From assembly GCF_006345805.1 (NCBI RefSeq), contig NC_043010.1, positions 64,418,001 to 64,482,000 on the forward strand: a DNA stretch of 64,000 bases, written 5' to 3'. Origin of the DNA: Octopus sinensis (taxonomy: Eukaryota). The position numbers were made by a program, and so were the translations under genes. Under the pieces are notes generated by a model. The model had not been told where the DNA came from. It ran no database searches and saw only the letters and a list, made by a program, of their open reading frames with translations. Position 1 is the stretch's first letter; every line of letters begins with the position of its first letter. Positions 13,481 to 25,789 of the stretch are shown in pieces.

Positions 13481-14518
13481 TCATATGCGATTAATAGCTT
13501 GCAAATTGGTTTAATGAATATGTTAAATTATAGTTGCTGATGTAAGGTAATAAAAGCAACGATATGTTGTATTGTAAGTTGTATAGTTGATATCATTTAG
13601 TTACGTGTAAATATATGGGAAGAAGAGAATTACGTTATTGGAAATAATAGCTCCAATGGGTTCAGAAAAAAAAAACATCATATGAATGGGCACATATTAA
13701 TTTCAATTTGTTATATAGGTTAATGATTATTAATTAATATATATGGTTAATGATAATTAAATAATTTGTAAGAATATGTTAAATTATACCTATTAATTTA
13801 AGGTCATGAAGCCAACGATAATGTGTAATATAAGTGTTGTAATCAATATTATTTAGTTATGTGTAAATACACGGGAGGCAGAGAATTATAATAGCGGAAT
13901 TGATGACTCCAAAAGGTTCTGAAAATTCTTCCAATAAAAGGGCACATATTTATTTCAATTTGTTAATAATATTATATTTTTCTAATTACATTATCCTACA
14001 ATATAATTATATATTTTAAAATTAAAATTAGAGAACACATATTTCACTGCATTAATTTACAATTAGTTCTAACTTTGCAGTCACAATTTTCATTTCCATC
14101 TTTATGTGCATATTTATTAGAAGAATTAGCAGTAAGGGAGAGGGTATAAGTTATTTCCCTTCCGTCGTTATAGAATCTATGGCTTTTAGTATTATTGTAT
14201 AAATGTGGGAGGTTTTAGTTGCGATGATTTATTGTCTTGGATATTTCTGTTAGTGTAGAATTTATTTAATTTTCTGTTATTAATAGATGATATGATTGTG
14301 AACAAGTTATGGGTTAGACTAAAACTAATTCGGACAAGTTTATAATTGGTAATTTCACTATGTTTGTTATCGATGTTGAAATGCTTATAAATAGGCTAAT
14401 ATATGGATTTTATTATATTATTTTTAATTTGTATTGCATATGGAGCAATAAATCAAACCGTATTTGGTTCATCAGAATTATTTTTATAGTATAATCATTT
14501 TTAGATTTTTGAGCTTAC

Positions 14519-15007
14519 CTGATTGAAAGTGTTATCATGTACATTGATTTGTCTTTGTATAAAAGATGGGCTACAGTAAATATTCTGCTCAATACCAGAG
14601 ATCTACTTGTCAGCCAGTTGAGCATGTCCCTTGGAAGCTGACGATATGTGCATCTCTGATCATGAGCAGAAGTAGTTGGGGAGCATCATAGCCATGTGTC
14701 GAAAGGAATTCTTTGGGGTTTGAGTAATTCACCTCTGGAAACATGGGTGTTTTGTTCATTTTCCTTAAAAAAAAAAAAACTTATTCTCTTGAGCAAGATG
14801 GCGACTCGATCTGAAGAAAATTCTAACTGGGCCCCACCTGTAAGGTCATACGCTATTTATCTTGATATGAGATCACCATGTTGCGCACATATAGTTGTGA
14901 TGCATGTGCCTGGTGTACCCTTATCAGACGAGTAATCATGGTGGGTATATTAGGTTTCGTATATTTGTACTCAGTGTCACTTTGATGGCATGCCTTGTCC
15001 TCTCACT
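14519..15007 (+). mobile_element. AAT-associated SINE-like element, copy A (left-truncated)
   Basis: Matches six other copies in the window; ends ...ctctcact. Confidence 0.85.
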
Positions 15008-15573
15008 GAATGCAGTACCAGGCAGTGGCTCTCATGGCTTCTGATCTTAACTGATTGTTAAGTGTTATCATGTACATTGGATTGGAAGTGTTATCATGTA
15101 CATTGTTTTGTCTTGGTATAAAAGATGGGCTACAGCAAATATTCTGCTCAATACCACAAATTTGCTTGTCAGTTGTTTGACCTTAACCAGTTGAGCATGT
15201 CCCTTAGTGGCTGACGATATGTGCATCTCTGATCACGAGCAGAAGTAGTGGGGGAGCATTATAGTCATGTGTTGAGAGGGATTGTTTGGGGTTTAAATAA
15301 TTCACCTCTGGTTTCATTTAATATCCTTAAATAACCCTTATTGAAGGACCTTTTGAGTGGGATGGGTTACTCGACCAGAAGAAAATTCTAACTGGGCCCC
15401 ACCTGCAAGGTCATGTGCTGTTTATCTTGATATGAGATCACCATATCGCACACATATGGTTGTGATGCATGTGCCTGGTGTACCCTTATCAGACGGGTAG
15501 TCACGATGGGTATACTGGGCTTCGTATATTTTACCCCAGTGTCACTCTGATGGCATGCACTGCTCTCTCACTC
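15008..15573 (+). mobile_element. AAT-associated SINE-like element, copy B (full length)
   Basis: gcagtaccaggcagtggc ... gcactgctctctcactc followed by (AAT)n. Confidence 0.88.
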
Positions 15574-15619
<46 letters not shown>

Positions 15620-15623
<4 letters not shown>

Positions 15624-16455
15624 AAAGACGATAAACAAAAGGTTTTGCAAAAAAAAGACCAGTGTAAACATTTGATAACGAAAATAACAATATAGCAAGT
15701 AAAAACTCCCAATAGGGGGAGGTGCTTTGAAGGTTACTCGTGGAAAAACCCATAAAAGCCACGGGTGTCTGGTCAACAGAGCAAGAGTCCTTTCTCCCTT
15801 TTATACCTCTTATTACAGGTGTACTCTCAGAATTGGTCCTTCCATGCTGGCCATTTTTCCGACATTCACTCTCCTTTCAATAAATTTGCTAGAAGTCAAC
15901 ACTTCCCTCTCTACTCTCATCTTCCTTTACAAGTGGAACTTAAAAACGTTGATGAGGCCTTGGCTAAAGAGGAAAGTGTCTGAATAGCCTTTTCAAACGG
16001 GCTCACCATACTATTTCTTTCGCTACAGCCATCAGACAAATGAAAATTGCCTTCCCCGCGCGGTTAAAGGAGGCCGGTGAGGCAATCTTCACTTTGGATT
16101 CAGTAGACAGTTGGATTCGTCCTACATGCAACAGCAGCTGTTCGACATAAACCCACAGGTCAGTAATGCTCGGGCACTGACGAGTGTGTGCAGAACGGTT
16201 TCATCGCTCTAAGCTCACCTCGGGAAAGCCTGGCTGATGGCACTCCGTGCCTGTAAAGTTTATCCCAAACAAGCAGCGCCCCTCGGTAGCACTGCCAGGC
16301 GGGGGAATTCTGGAAGTTATCCATGAGCCCTGGCCTGAAAGTTCTCCGAAATAGACTGCTTAGCTGATCATCATCGACACTTAGAGTTTCCCCGAGAATG
16401 TCGTCGCACTTTTCATCCAATAAGCCTCTATAGAACGCTAGAGTGAAACTACTAG
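15620..16455 (-). mobile_element. Tx1/L1-clade LINE, 3' fragment of ORF2
   Basis: FRPGLMDNFQNSPAWQCYRGAL.VWDKLYRHG, degenerate CxxC..ET..H..C knuckle, LWVYVEQLL, AVAKEIVW. Confidence 0.7.
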
Positions 16456-16460
16456 CGATC

Positions 16461-16912
16461 GCTACAGCAAATATTCTGCTCAATACCACAGATTTGCTTG
16501 TTAGTTTGACCGTAACCAGTTGAGCATGTCCCTTAGTGACTGACGATATGTGCATCTCTGATCACGAGCAGAAGTAGTGGAGAAGCATCATAGCCACATG
16601 TTGAGTGGGATTCTTTGGGGTTTGAATAATTCTCCTCCGGAAAATGGGTGTTTTGTTCAATATCCTTAAACAACCCTTATTCAGGGATCTTTTGTGTGGG
16701 ATGGGTTACTCGACCAGAAGAAAATTCTAACTGGGCCCCACCTGTAAAGTCATGCGCTGTTTATCTTGATATGAGATCACCATGTTGCGCACATATGGCT
16801 ATGATACATGTGCTTAGTGTACCCTTATGAGACGAGTAGTCATGATGGGTATACTGGGCTTCGTATATTTTACCCCAGTGTCACTTTGATGGCATGCACT
16901 ACTCTCTCACTC
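16461..16912 (+). mobile_element. AAT-associated SINE-like element, copy C (left-truncated)
   Basis: Aligns to copy B from gctacagcaaatattc onward; (AAT)n tail 16913-16995. Confidence 0.85.
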
Positions 16913-16975
<63 letters not shown>

Positions 16976-17359
16976 AACAACAACAACAATAATTATAATC
17001 TATCTATATTTACAAGTAAATAGAAGCTTTTAAGTGTAAAATATAAATACAAATTCGTGCGTGCAAAAAGATTGATACTTCATTTTTTTTTACTCAAAAG
17101 TCAAATCCGAGGGTGATAATCACCCATGAGTTGTTCCCCAAGAGTCATCGCCTTGATGTTTTTGTTTACCGAAAATGCTTGCGAGACTTCCCGTGACTTT
17201 TCTAGCTTTAATACTAAATGGAGACGAACACCAATTTTTCTGTATGATCGGGTTGAATATTTAAGATTTTCTTAACAGGAAATCAATGGTAGCCTTAAAG
17301 CACAGATAAAGAATATATATATATAATCTTTATGTCGTATTAAGCACTCATTCTCATAG

Positions 17360-17371
17360 TTCGATATTTAC

Positions 17372-17437
<66 letters not shown>

Positions 17438-17705
17438 CATACGTACATACACACACACACACACACACACATATATATGTAAGTTCAGCAAAATTTAGAT
17501 TCAAATGAATATGGTACTTAAGTCAGATGCACCGGAATTTTGTACGGTGTTATCCATATAAATCTATGGGGTGATTACCGAAGACATTCTTGTTGCTTAT
17601 TTTGAGTATATATATATATATCGTAGTCTGGTATTTGACTTGCCACAATACGTTCAGGTATGAAGTCTGTTTCTTATTTTACAACATATTTACATTTATG
17701 GATAT

Positions 17706-17758
<53 letters not shown>

Positions 17759-17855
17759 GCATATATATATATACATACACATACATATATATATGTATGT
17801 GTATGTATAAATGCATATGTGTGTATATATATATGTAAGTGTATGTATATATATA

Positions 17856-17915
<60 letters not shown>

Positions 17916-18034
17916 CTCCATAAATGTAAATATGTTGTAAAATAATGAACAGACTTGCAAGTTGTGTCCTTGTATAGTAGCAGACAATCGATATCTTACA
18001 CACATACACACATTCTGAACATGTATAGATTTAC

Positions 18035-18082
<48 letters not shown>

Positions 18083-18130
18083 AGGCACACACACACACAC
18101 ATATATATATACCTATATATATCATGCGTG
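17360..18130. repeat. (AT)n/(AC)n microsatellite block
   Basis: Directly visible. Confidence 0.9.
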
Positions 18131-18247
18131 TACATAATAATACATGTTGCATGCACTCTTACATGTACATGTACCCCACCACACACACATATCACTGAGA
18201 ACCTGAAAGCAACGTAATATCTCGAAAAAAACTTTTTTCTTTCGTAG

Positions 18248-21200
18248 TATATCAATGGTTTCCAAGAAACGAAAGGCTGAGAAAGAAAAGAACCCCCAAA
18301 AGTTTAAAGAGAAGCCTGAAAAAAAAACCAAAGCTGAGAAGAGTAAAGAAAAACGCGAAAAAAAACCGAAACCTGAGAAGACTAAAGAGAAGCCTGAAAA
18401 AAAAGAAAAAGCGAAAATTGATAAGGCTAAACAGAAACCTGAAAAAAGAGAAAAAGAGAAAACTGATAAGGCTAAACAGAAACCTGAAAAAAAAGAAAAA
18501 GAGAAATCTGATAAGGCTAAACAGAAACCCGAAAAAAAAGAAAAAGAGAAAACTGATAAGGCTAAACAGAAACCCGAAAAAAAAGAAAAAGAGAAAACTG
18601 ATAAAGCTAAACAGAAACCCGAAAAAAAAGAAAAAGAGAAAACTGATAAGGCTAAACAGAAACCCGAAAAAAAAGAAAAAGAGAAAACTGATAAGGCTAA
18701 ACAGAAACCTGAAAAGAAAGAAAAAGAGAAAACTGATAAGGCTAAACAGAAACCTGAAAAGAAAGAAAAAGAGAAATCTGATAAGGCTAAACAGAAACCT
18801 GAAAAAATAGAAAAAGAGAAAATTGATAAGGCTAAACAGAAACCTGAAAAGAAAGAAAAAGAGAAAACTGATAAGGCTAAACAGAAACCTGAAAAGAAAG
18901 AAAAAGAGAAAACTGATAAGGCTAAACAGAAACCTGAAAAAAAAGAAAAAGAGAAAACTGATAAGGCTAAACAGAAACCTGAAAAGAAAGAAAAAGAGAA
19001 ATCTGATAAGGCTAAACAGAAACCTGAAAAAATAGAAAAACAGAAAATTGATAAGGCTAAACAGAAACCTGAAAAAATAGAAAAAGAGAAAACTGATAGG
19101 GCTAAAGAAAAGCCAAGTAAAACTAAAAAAGATGATAAAACACAGAAAACCAAAAAAGCCCCAAAACCTGAGAGTAAAGAAAAGCCAAAGGAAACAAAGA
19201 AGCCTGAGAGCAAAGAGAAACCCCAAAAAAAGCCTAAAGTTGAGGATCAACAAAAACCTGATAAAGCACGGAAACCTGAGAGTAAAGAAAAAAATGAAAA
19301 AGAACGGAAACCTGAAAGCAAAGAGAGTACAGACAAAGCACGAAAACCTGAGAGTAAAAAGGATCATGAAAAAGTACGGAAACCTGAGAGTAAAAAGAGG
19401 CCTGAAACGGCGCGGAAACCTGAAAGTAAAGTGGAACGTGAAAAAGCACGGAAACCTGTGAGTAAAGAGAGGCCTGAAACGGCGCGGAAACCTGAAAGTA
19501 AAGTGGAACGTGAAAAAGCACGGAAACCTGTGAGTAAAGAGAGGCCTGAAACGGCGCGGAAACCTGAAAGTAAAGAGGAACGTGAAAAAGTACGGAAGCC
19601 TGAGAGTAGAGAGGAACGCGAGAAAGCAGGAAAACCTGAGAGTAAAGAGAGGCCTGAAACAGCACGGAAACCTGAAAGTAAAGAGGAACGTGAAAAAGTA
19701 CGGAAGCCTGAGAGTAGAGAGGAACGCGAGAAAGCAGGAAAACCTGAGAGTAAAGGGAGGCCTGAAACAACCCAGAAACCCGAGGGTAAAGAGAGACTCG
19801 AAATGGCACGGAAACCTGAGAGTAAAGAGGAACGTGAAAAAGCCCGAAAACCCGAGAGTAAAGAGAGGCCTGAAACAGCATGGAAACCTGAGAGTAAAGA
19901 GAGACCCGAAGCGATACGAAAACCCGAGAGCAAAGAGGAACGGGAAAAAGCCCGAAAACCTGAGAGTAAAGGGAGGCCTGAAATCGCACGGGGACCCGAG
20001 ATTAAAGAGGAACGGGAAAAAGCCCGAAAACCTGAGAGTAAAGAGAGACCTGAAACGGCACGGAGACCTGAAAGTAAGGAGAGACCCGAAACGGCACGGA
20101 GACCCGAGAGTAAAGAGAGACCTGAAACCGCTTGGAAGCCTGAAAGTAAGGAGAGACCCGAAACGGCACGGAGACCCGAGACTAAAGAAAGACCTGAAAC
20201 CGCACGGAAACCCGAGAGTAAAGAGAGACCTGAAACCACACGGAAGCCTGAAAGTAAGGAGAGACCCGAAACGGCACAGAGACCCGAGAGTAAAGAAGAA
20301 CGTGAAAAAGCATGGAAAGCTGAGAGTAAAGGGAGGCCTGAAACGGCACGGAGACCCGAGGGCAAAAAGGAATGGTTAAAAGCATGGAAAGCTGAGAGTA
20401 AAGGGAGGACTGAAACGGCACGGAGACCCGAGAGTAAAGAGGAATGGTTAAAAGCATGGAAAGCTGAGAGTAAAGGGAGGCCTGAAACGGCACGGAGACC
20501 CGAGGGCAAAGAGGAACGGGAAAAAGCATGGAAAGCTGAGAGTAAAGGGAGGCCTGAAATGGCACGGATACCCGAGAGTAAAGAGGAATGGTTAAAAGCA
20601 TGGAAAGCTGAGAGTAAAGGGAGGACTGAAACGGCACGGAGACCCGAGGGCAAAGAGGAACGGGAAAAAGCATGGAAAGCTGAGAGCAAAGGGAGGCCTG
20701 AAATGGCACGGATACCCGAGAGTAAAGAAGAACGGGAAAAAGCATGGAAAGCTGAGAGTAAAGAGAGGCCTGAAACGGCATGGAGACCCGAGGGTAAAGA
20801 GGAATGGTTAAAAGCATGGAAAGCTGAGAGTAAAGGGAGGACTGAAAAGGCACGGACACCCGAGAGTAAAGAGGAATGGTTAAAAGCATGGAAAGCTGAG
20901 AGTAAAGGGAGGACTGAAAAGGCACGGAGACCTGAGGGCAAAGAGGAACGGGAAAAAGCATGGAAAGCTGAGAGTAAAGGGAGGCCTGAAATGGCACGGA
21001 TACCCGAGAGTAAAGAGGAATGGTTAAAAGCATGGAAAGCTGAGAGTAAAGGGAGGACTGAAACGGCATGGAGACCCGAGGGTAAAGAAGAACGGGAAAA
21101 AGCATGGAAAGCTGAGAGTAAAGAGAGGCCTGAAACGGCATGGAGACCCGAGGGTAAGGAGGAATGGGGAAAACCCCAGAGAGCTGATATTAAAGACTGG

Positions 21201-21870
21201 CCTGAAAAAGAACGAATACCTGAAAGCAAAGCGAGACCTTTTAGTAAAGCGATACGCGACATAAAACAGAAATATGAGAGTAAAGAGATATACAGAAAGG
21301 AAAAGATTTCTGAGGAACCACAGATAGCTGATAAAAAAGAAAAAGCTGCGAAAATACATTTTCCTGAAAAAACACCAAAAATTAGTAGAATAGAGTCACT
21401 TGAAAGCAAAAAGATATCTGAGCATTTCCAGGTACCTGGGAAAACACAAAAGACTGAGAGAACGCCAATATCTGAAAGAATACAGATTTCTGAAGATAAA
21501 CAGGTATCCGATAAAACACAAATTCATGCAAAAACACCAAAAACTGGTAAAATACACACTGATTATTATCAAGTACCTGAGAGATCGCAGAAATCAATAA
21601 CAATCCAGATTCCGGAAGATAAACAGATATTTGAGAGAATACGAACTCCTGAAAAACAACCAAAAACTTGGAAAATAAAGCTACCTGGGTTTAATAGGAT
21701 ATCTAAGTTTTTCCAGAAACGTAGGGAGGTACAGATTCCTGAATGTAAAGAGATATCTGAAGAAATGTCCGAGGAGACACCGAAAGAGGAGGCCAAGCAG
21801 GCAACTGGGGAGTTATCTAAATATTTTCATATATCTGAGTATGGGCTGATACCTAGGACAAAAATAATTG
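18248..21870 (+). CDS. Giant exon: about 1207-codon K/E/P/R-rich tandem-repeat cytoplasmic region
   Basis: ttttttctttcgtag acceptor (phase 2, matches TM exon: VYC-C-ISMVSKKRK); attg/gtaag donor (phase 1); no stop in 3623 bp; 45-, 39- and 78-bp repeat units. Confidence 0.85.
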
Positions 21871-21928
21871 GTAAGATTATCTATCTATCTATCTATCTAA
21901 CAATGTCCATCATTCTTGTCTCTCTTTC

Positions 21929-21979
<51 letters not shown>

Positions 21980-22178
21980 CCGAGTGAGAGAGAGAGAGAG
22001 AGAGGGGGGGAATAAAGAAGGGAGAGACAAGAATGAGAAAAGAAATTTAGCGAGGTGTAAAATTCACGCAAGGGATATTAAATATCCAAAAACTTTACTG
22101 GTTTATATTATCTATATCAATAACAATGTTATTCCAATAGGTAAATAAAAAATAAACATAAGTTTATTAATATATAAA

Positions 22179-22691
22179 TCTCTATATATAAAACTGTAGT
22201 TGTGTGAGTGTCTGTCCCCTTCGATTTAGATTCCTAACTACTCCCACATTTTGCGGTGCAGTTTAACCAAATTCGGGTATCTTATAGTCGTGATTCATAT
22301 CGAGCCCGTGTGGGTATTAGTGCGCGTCTACGATGAGTCTACGATTTTAAAAATAATTTAACATCATTTTTTATTCCATTTTAATGCATAATTTTTCGTG
22401 TGTCGATGGCGGCGGAGTTGGCGTCCATGGTCACACCTGCACCTGTTTGCTTCTCCCCCTTCTTCCCTCCCTCGTGAAGCTGTGGGGAAGGGAGTGTAAG
22501 GAAATCAACGTCGTAAAGCGTTGTCAAGGAGACCAGCGTTCTTTTAGAACAACGACTTCATGGCTTGAAGACACCAAAACAGAAATGGCTAAGAAAGCCC
22601 GAATTGGCATCTATAAGGGAAGTAACTCTCTAAAAATGCTTATATAGTTATATCCCTTACAAACCCGAGCAACGCCGGGCGATACTGCTAG
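22179..22691 (+). mobile_element. Non-autonomous Helitron
   Basis: 5' TC, 3' hairpin cccgagcaacgccggg then CTAG, inserted between A and T. Confidence 0.85.
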
Positions 22692-23124
22692 TATAAATAT
22701 AAATAAGAAATGGAAAACAATAAATTGAACAACTATAAATTCAATTCAATTTAAATATTTTATACAAACAAATGACACATCTCATAAATAACAACTGTTT
22801 CCACTTCATTAATAAAACAAAGTTTTTCAAGAATAATCAAATCCGTTTAAATATGTAAAGATGCTTCATCAGAAATGAAAATATTTATAACTGCTAAGGC
22901 TTTACGAAAACGCTTTTTAAGAGCGAGCCTAATCATAAATAAGTAAATAATCTAACTGAAATTCCTAAATTTAATCTATAAATATTCAGTTCTATAACCA
23001 ATTTTATTGCACAATACACATATTCATATATACATATTTATATATACTTATATATATATACACACACATACACCCATCATTTTTGTATACATACACACAT
23101 GCATATTCACATACGCAAGTTATC

Positions 23125-23178
<54 letters not shown>

Positions 23179-23180
23179 TG

Positions 23181-23261
23181 CCCTGATGCAGTACCAGGCA
23201 GTGGCTCACGTGGCTTCTGATCTTAACTGATTGGAAGTGTTATCATGTACATTGTTTTGTC
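23181..23261 (+). mobile_element. AAT-associated SINE-like element, copy D (5' 80 bp only)
   Basis: (AAT)n then ccctgatgcagtaccaggcagtggc...acattgttttgtc. Confidence 0.85.
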
Positions 23262-23283
23262 GTAAGTTTTGTCAGTAAGTTGT

Positions 23284-23350
23284 CATAACAGGACTCAGAG
23301 TTTCAAATGCCGGGGCTAAGAGCTACGATGCATTCTCATCAGCTGTTATG
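23284..23350 (-). ncRNA. Type I hammerhead ribozyme motif
   Basis: Minus strand: CATAACAG CTGATGA GAATGC atcgtagctcttagccccg GCATTT GAAA C tctga GTC CTGTTATG; all core nucleotides, 8-bp stem I, 6-bp stem II, short stem III, GUC site. Confidence 0.85.
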
Positions 23351-23659
23351 AGAATAGATGCTATAAAAAACCGTTGAATGAAAGTAAAGTTACTCTAATA
23401 GGAAAAAATATAAAAAGAAAAATACATGCAACTATATTCTCATAATACATTGACATAAAAACCACCTGCGTTTATAACGTCTACTTACGTACACACTTAC
23501 ACAAACGTATGAGTACATGCCCATACACACAGAAATATATATGTGCATTTACGTACCCATACAAATATACACATACATACACGCACACAGACATATACGT
23601 ATATATGCACGCAACTTCATCCCCATATACACATAGGTGTATGCTTATATATATATTTA

Positions 23660-23699
<40 letters not shown>

Positions 23700-23705
23700 T
23701 GTCTG

Positions 23706-23739
<34 letters not shown>

Positions 23740-23917
23740 AAGCCAGCTATCTATCTATCTGTCTACTTATTTATCTATCTATATAGGTATATAAAGTTAA
23801 GATCCAAAGATTAAGGTATAGGAAGTAAGTGAGCTTAAATCTGTAGAAAATATAAAAATAGCAACTTTCAGGAACTATAGTGTTTATTGGACTGGAATAC
23901 GAACTGGTAGGAGCTTG

Positions 23918-23961
<44 letters not shown>

Positions 23962-24303
23962 TTTTACACACACACACACACACACACATAATATCCAAGC
24001 TCCTGCTAGTTCGTATTCCAGTCCATTCATTCCTAGACTTCCATCCCTCGCTTGCTCCCTCCCTCTCTCCACCCATCCTTCCACTCATTCTGCATTACTG
24101 CTTTAATTAAACTCGCTTCAGTTACCGTCCCATAGAAAAAAGTAAAAAAAAAAATTATAGGAAAAATGAATGATATTAGATATTGGAACGATGAAAATTG
24201 TGAATAACGTTAAATATAATACATTGTTGGTTGAGGGTAGTAAAAATATAGGTAAAACCGCATAAATTCTTAACCACCTTCTTTTGGTCTGTTGTTTTCT
24301 GAG

Positions 24304-24434
24304 GATTACCTAAGGACCATGTGAGGTTTGAAGACGAAATTACTTCTAGTTATCGGCCATTAAGTGATCCACCAATTATGAAATACATAAAACAACAATT
24401 GCAACTGTCTGAACCGTTTTTAGATGACTTTTTG
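24304..24434 (+). CDS. Exon: juxtamembrane segment preceding the PTP domain
   Basis: Phase 1-0, gtaagt donor; GLPKDHVRF...MKYIKQQLQLSEPFLDDFL joins TLPKG; acceptor is an uncommon GAG after a pyrimidine tract. Confidence 0.7.
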
Positions 24435-25482
24435 GTAAGTGTTTTCATTAAGTTGTTAATTTGAATACAATTATAAATACATCTTGTAAAATGTGAAAAA
24501 AAAACCCTTCTGGCCCGTTGCATTTTTGACAGGGTTAGGGTTAAGGTTAAGGATAAAGAAGTGTCTAATTCAATGTCGAACAAATCGCGCAAGAAACTTT
24601 GTTCAAAGAGAATCGATGTTTGTTTCTCATCGATGTTACACCATTTAATGATATACATTGATGAAGGCTACACAGAGACATACATACACACAAGTGCACG
24701 CGCACACACACACTCATGCAAGCACCCATACATGAACATTTAACATGTACGACTGCAAAAGATTTCGTGTACCAAATTCCATTCACAACTTATTGGCCAT
24801 TTATAGGCCATGACAAAAGTCACTTGTTCAAAGCGTCACATCGTGGAAGGGAACGTGGATCCATGGTGGCTGTTAAATGAACTTGTTTACCACGCAACAA
24901 CATCTGCACTCATATAGGAGAGTATGGGAGACTTTAGTGTAACGTCCTGAAAATGTGCAATGTTATTTTCAATGCTGGTGAGCAACAATTTTTAAACTAG
25001 AATATAATTCTTATTTGTAATTTTCATTTATGTTGCAAATACACTTGAGAAAGGCGTGAACATTACACCATTACATATCGTCTGCTTTAAAATCAAGATA
25101 TTGATCATATCTAGAGATTAAATCTTTCAGACAAGAAATATAGCATGTAATCTCAAAATGAAGCAAGTTTTTAGTCAGTAGTACATTATTCGGAATGCGT
25201 TTTCAACTTATTTTCCATCTTCATTGGTCTATGGCAGGTGAGTAGCCCAAAAGTTAAAAAGAACGAATATCTGTAACAAGGATCTAAAGTGTACTAATAA
25301 GTTTTGGCTTATAAAAAGGCAAATAGGGACGATCTGTACATTACCATTTCATTAAAACATCCTTCTTCATTGCCAGAACATTCCACTTCATATATTGACC
25401 TTTAGAATTAATTTATTTTTTAATCGATTAATTAAATACATGCTTAAATATTCATGTTGCTAAAATATCTATGATTTTGCAG

Positions 25483-25570
25483 ACGTTACCAAAAGGCCTA
25501 ATCCACCCTACTAAAGCGGCTAGTAAGACAGTGAACACAGGAAAAAACCGCGACAAATCTATACTTCCAT
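25483..25570 (+). CDS. Exon: PTP motif 1 region
   Basis: 88 bp, phase 0-1; TLPKGLIHPTKAASKTVNTGKNRDKSILP. Confidence 0.88.
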
Positions 25571-25789
25571 GTGAGATTTTCTAATTATACATTTATAAAA
25601 AAGACAATAACGATATGAAGGTTATTACGTTCCACAATTTTAAATTTCTATCCAGGAGAGTTAGAATTGACCAGCAGTGTAAAACAGGCACATATATACT
25701 TCCTATCCTAAGCAAGGCAATGTCAGATAAAGAATAGATGCAGAAAAGATTACTTACAGTGATTTTTGTGGCGAGGTGGGGATAGATGT

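Noticed and set aside
13163-13494. Many 60-160 aa ORFs rich in YI, HT, CV, N or I (also about 17660-18255, 23509-24110, 42773-43103, 54146-54656, 57764-58194)
   Set aside because: Translations of microsatellites
14445-14475. Other CTGANGA hits (also 2823, 34385, 43723, 50137) and a GAAAC..GTC at 53470-53500
   Set aside because: No correctly placed GAAA, stem or cleavage triplet
15225-15260. U1 snRNA-like words (tgatcacga, gtagtggggga) in the AAT-SINE
   Set aside because: Two short matches with wrong spacing; likely chance
18122-21409. Long minus-strand and alternate-frame ORFs (363, 371, 681, 319, 265 aa)
   Set aside because: Shadow ORFs of the 45/39/78-bp repeats; only the + frame has splice sites and phases matching neighbouring exons
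21871-22148. C-terminal part of the 1297-aa ORF
   Set aside because: Read-through into intron past a strong gtaag donor; made of (CTAT), (CT), (AT), (AG) microsatellites
24534-24552. Telomere-like gggttagggttaagg
   Set aside because: Only 2-3 degenerate units
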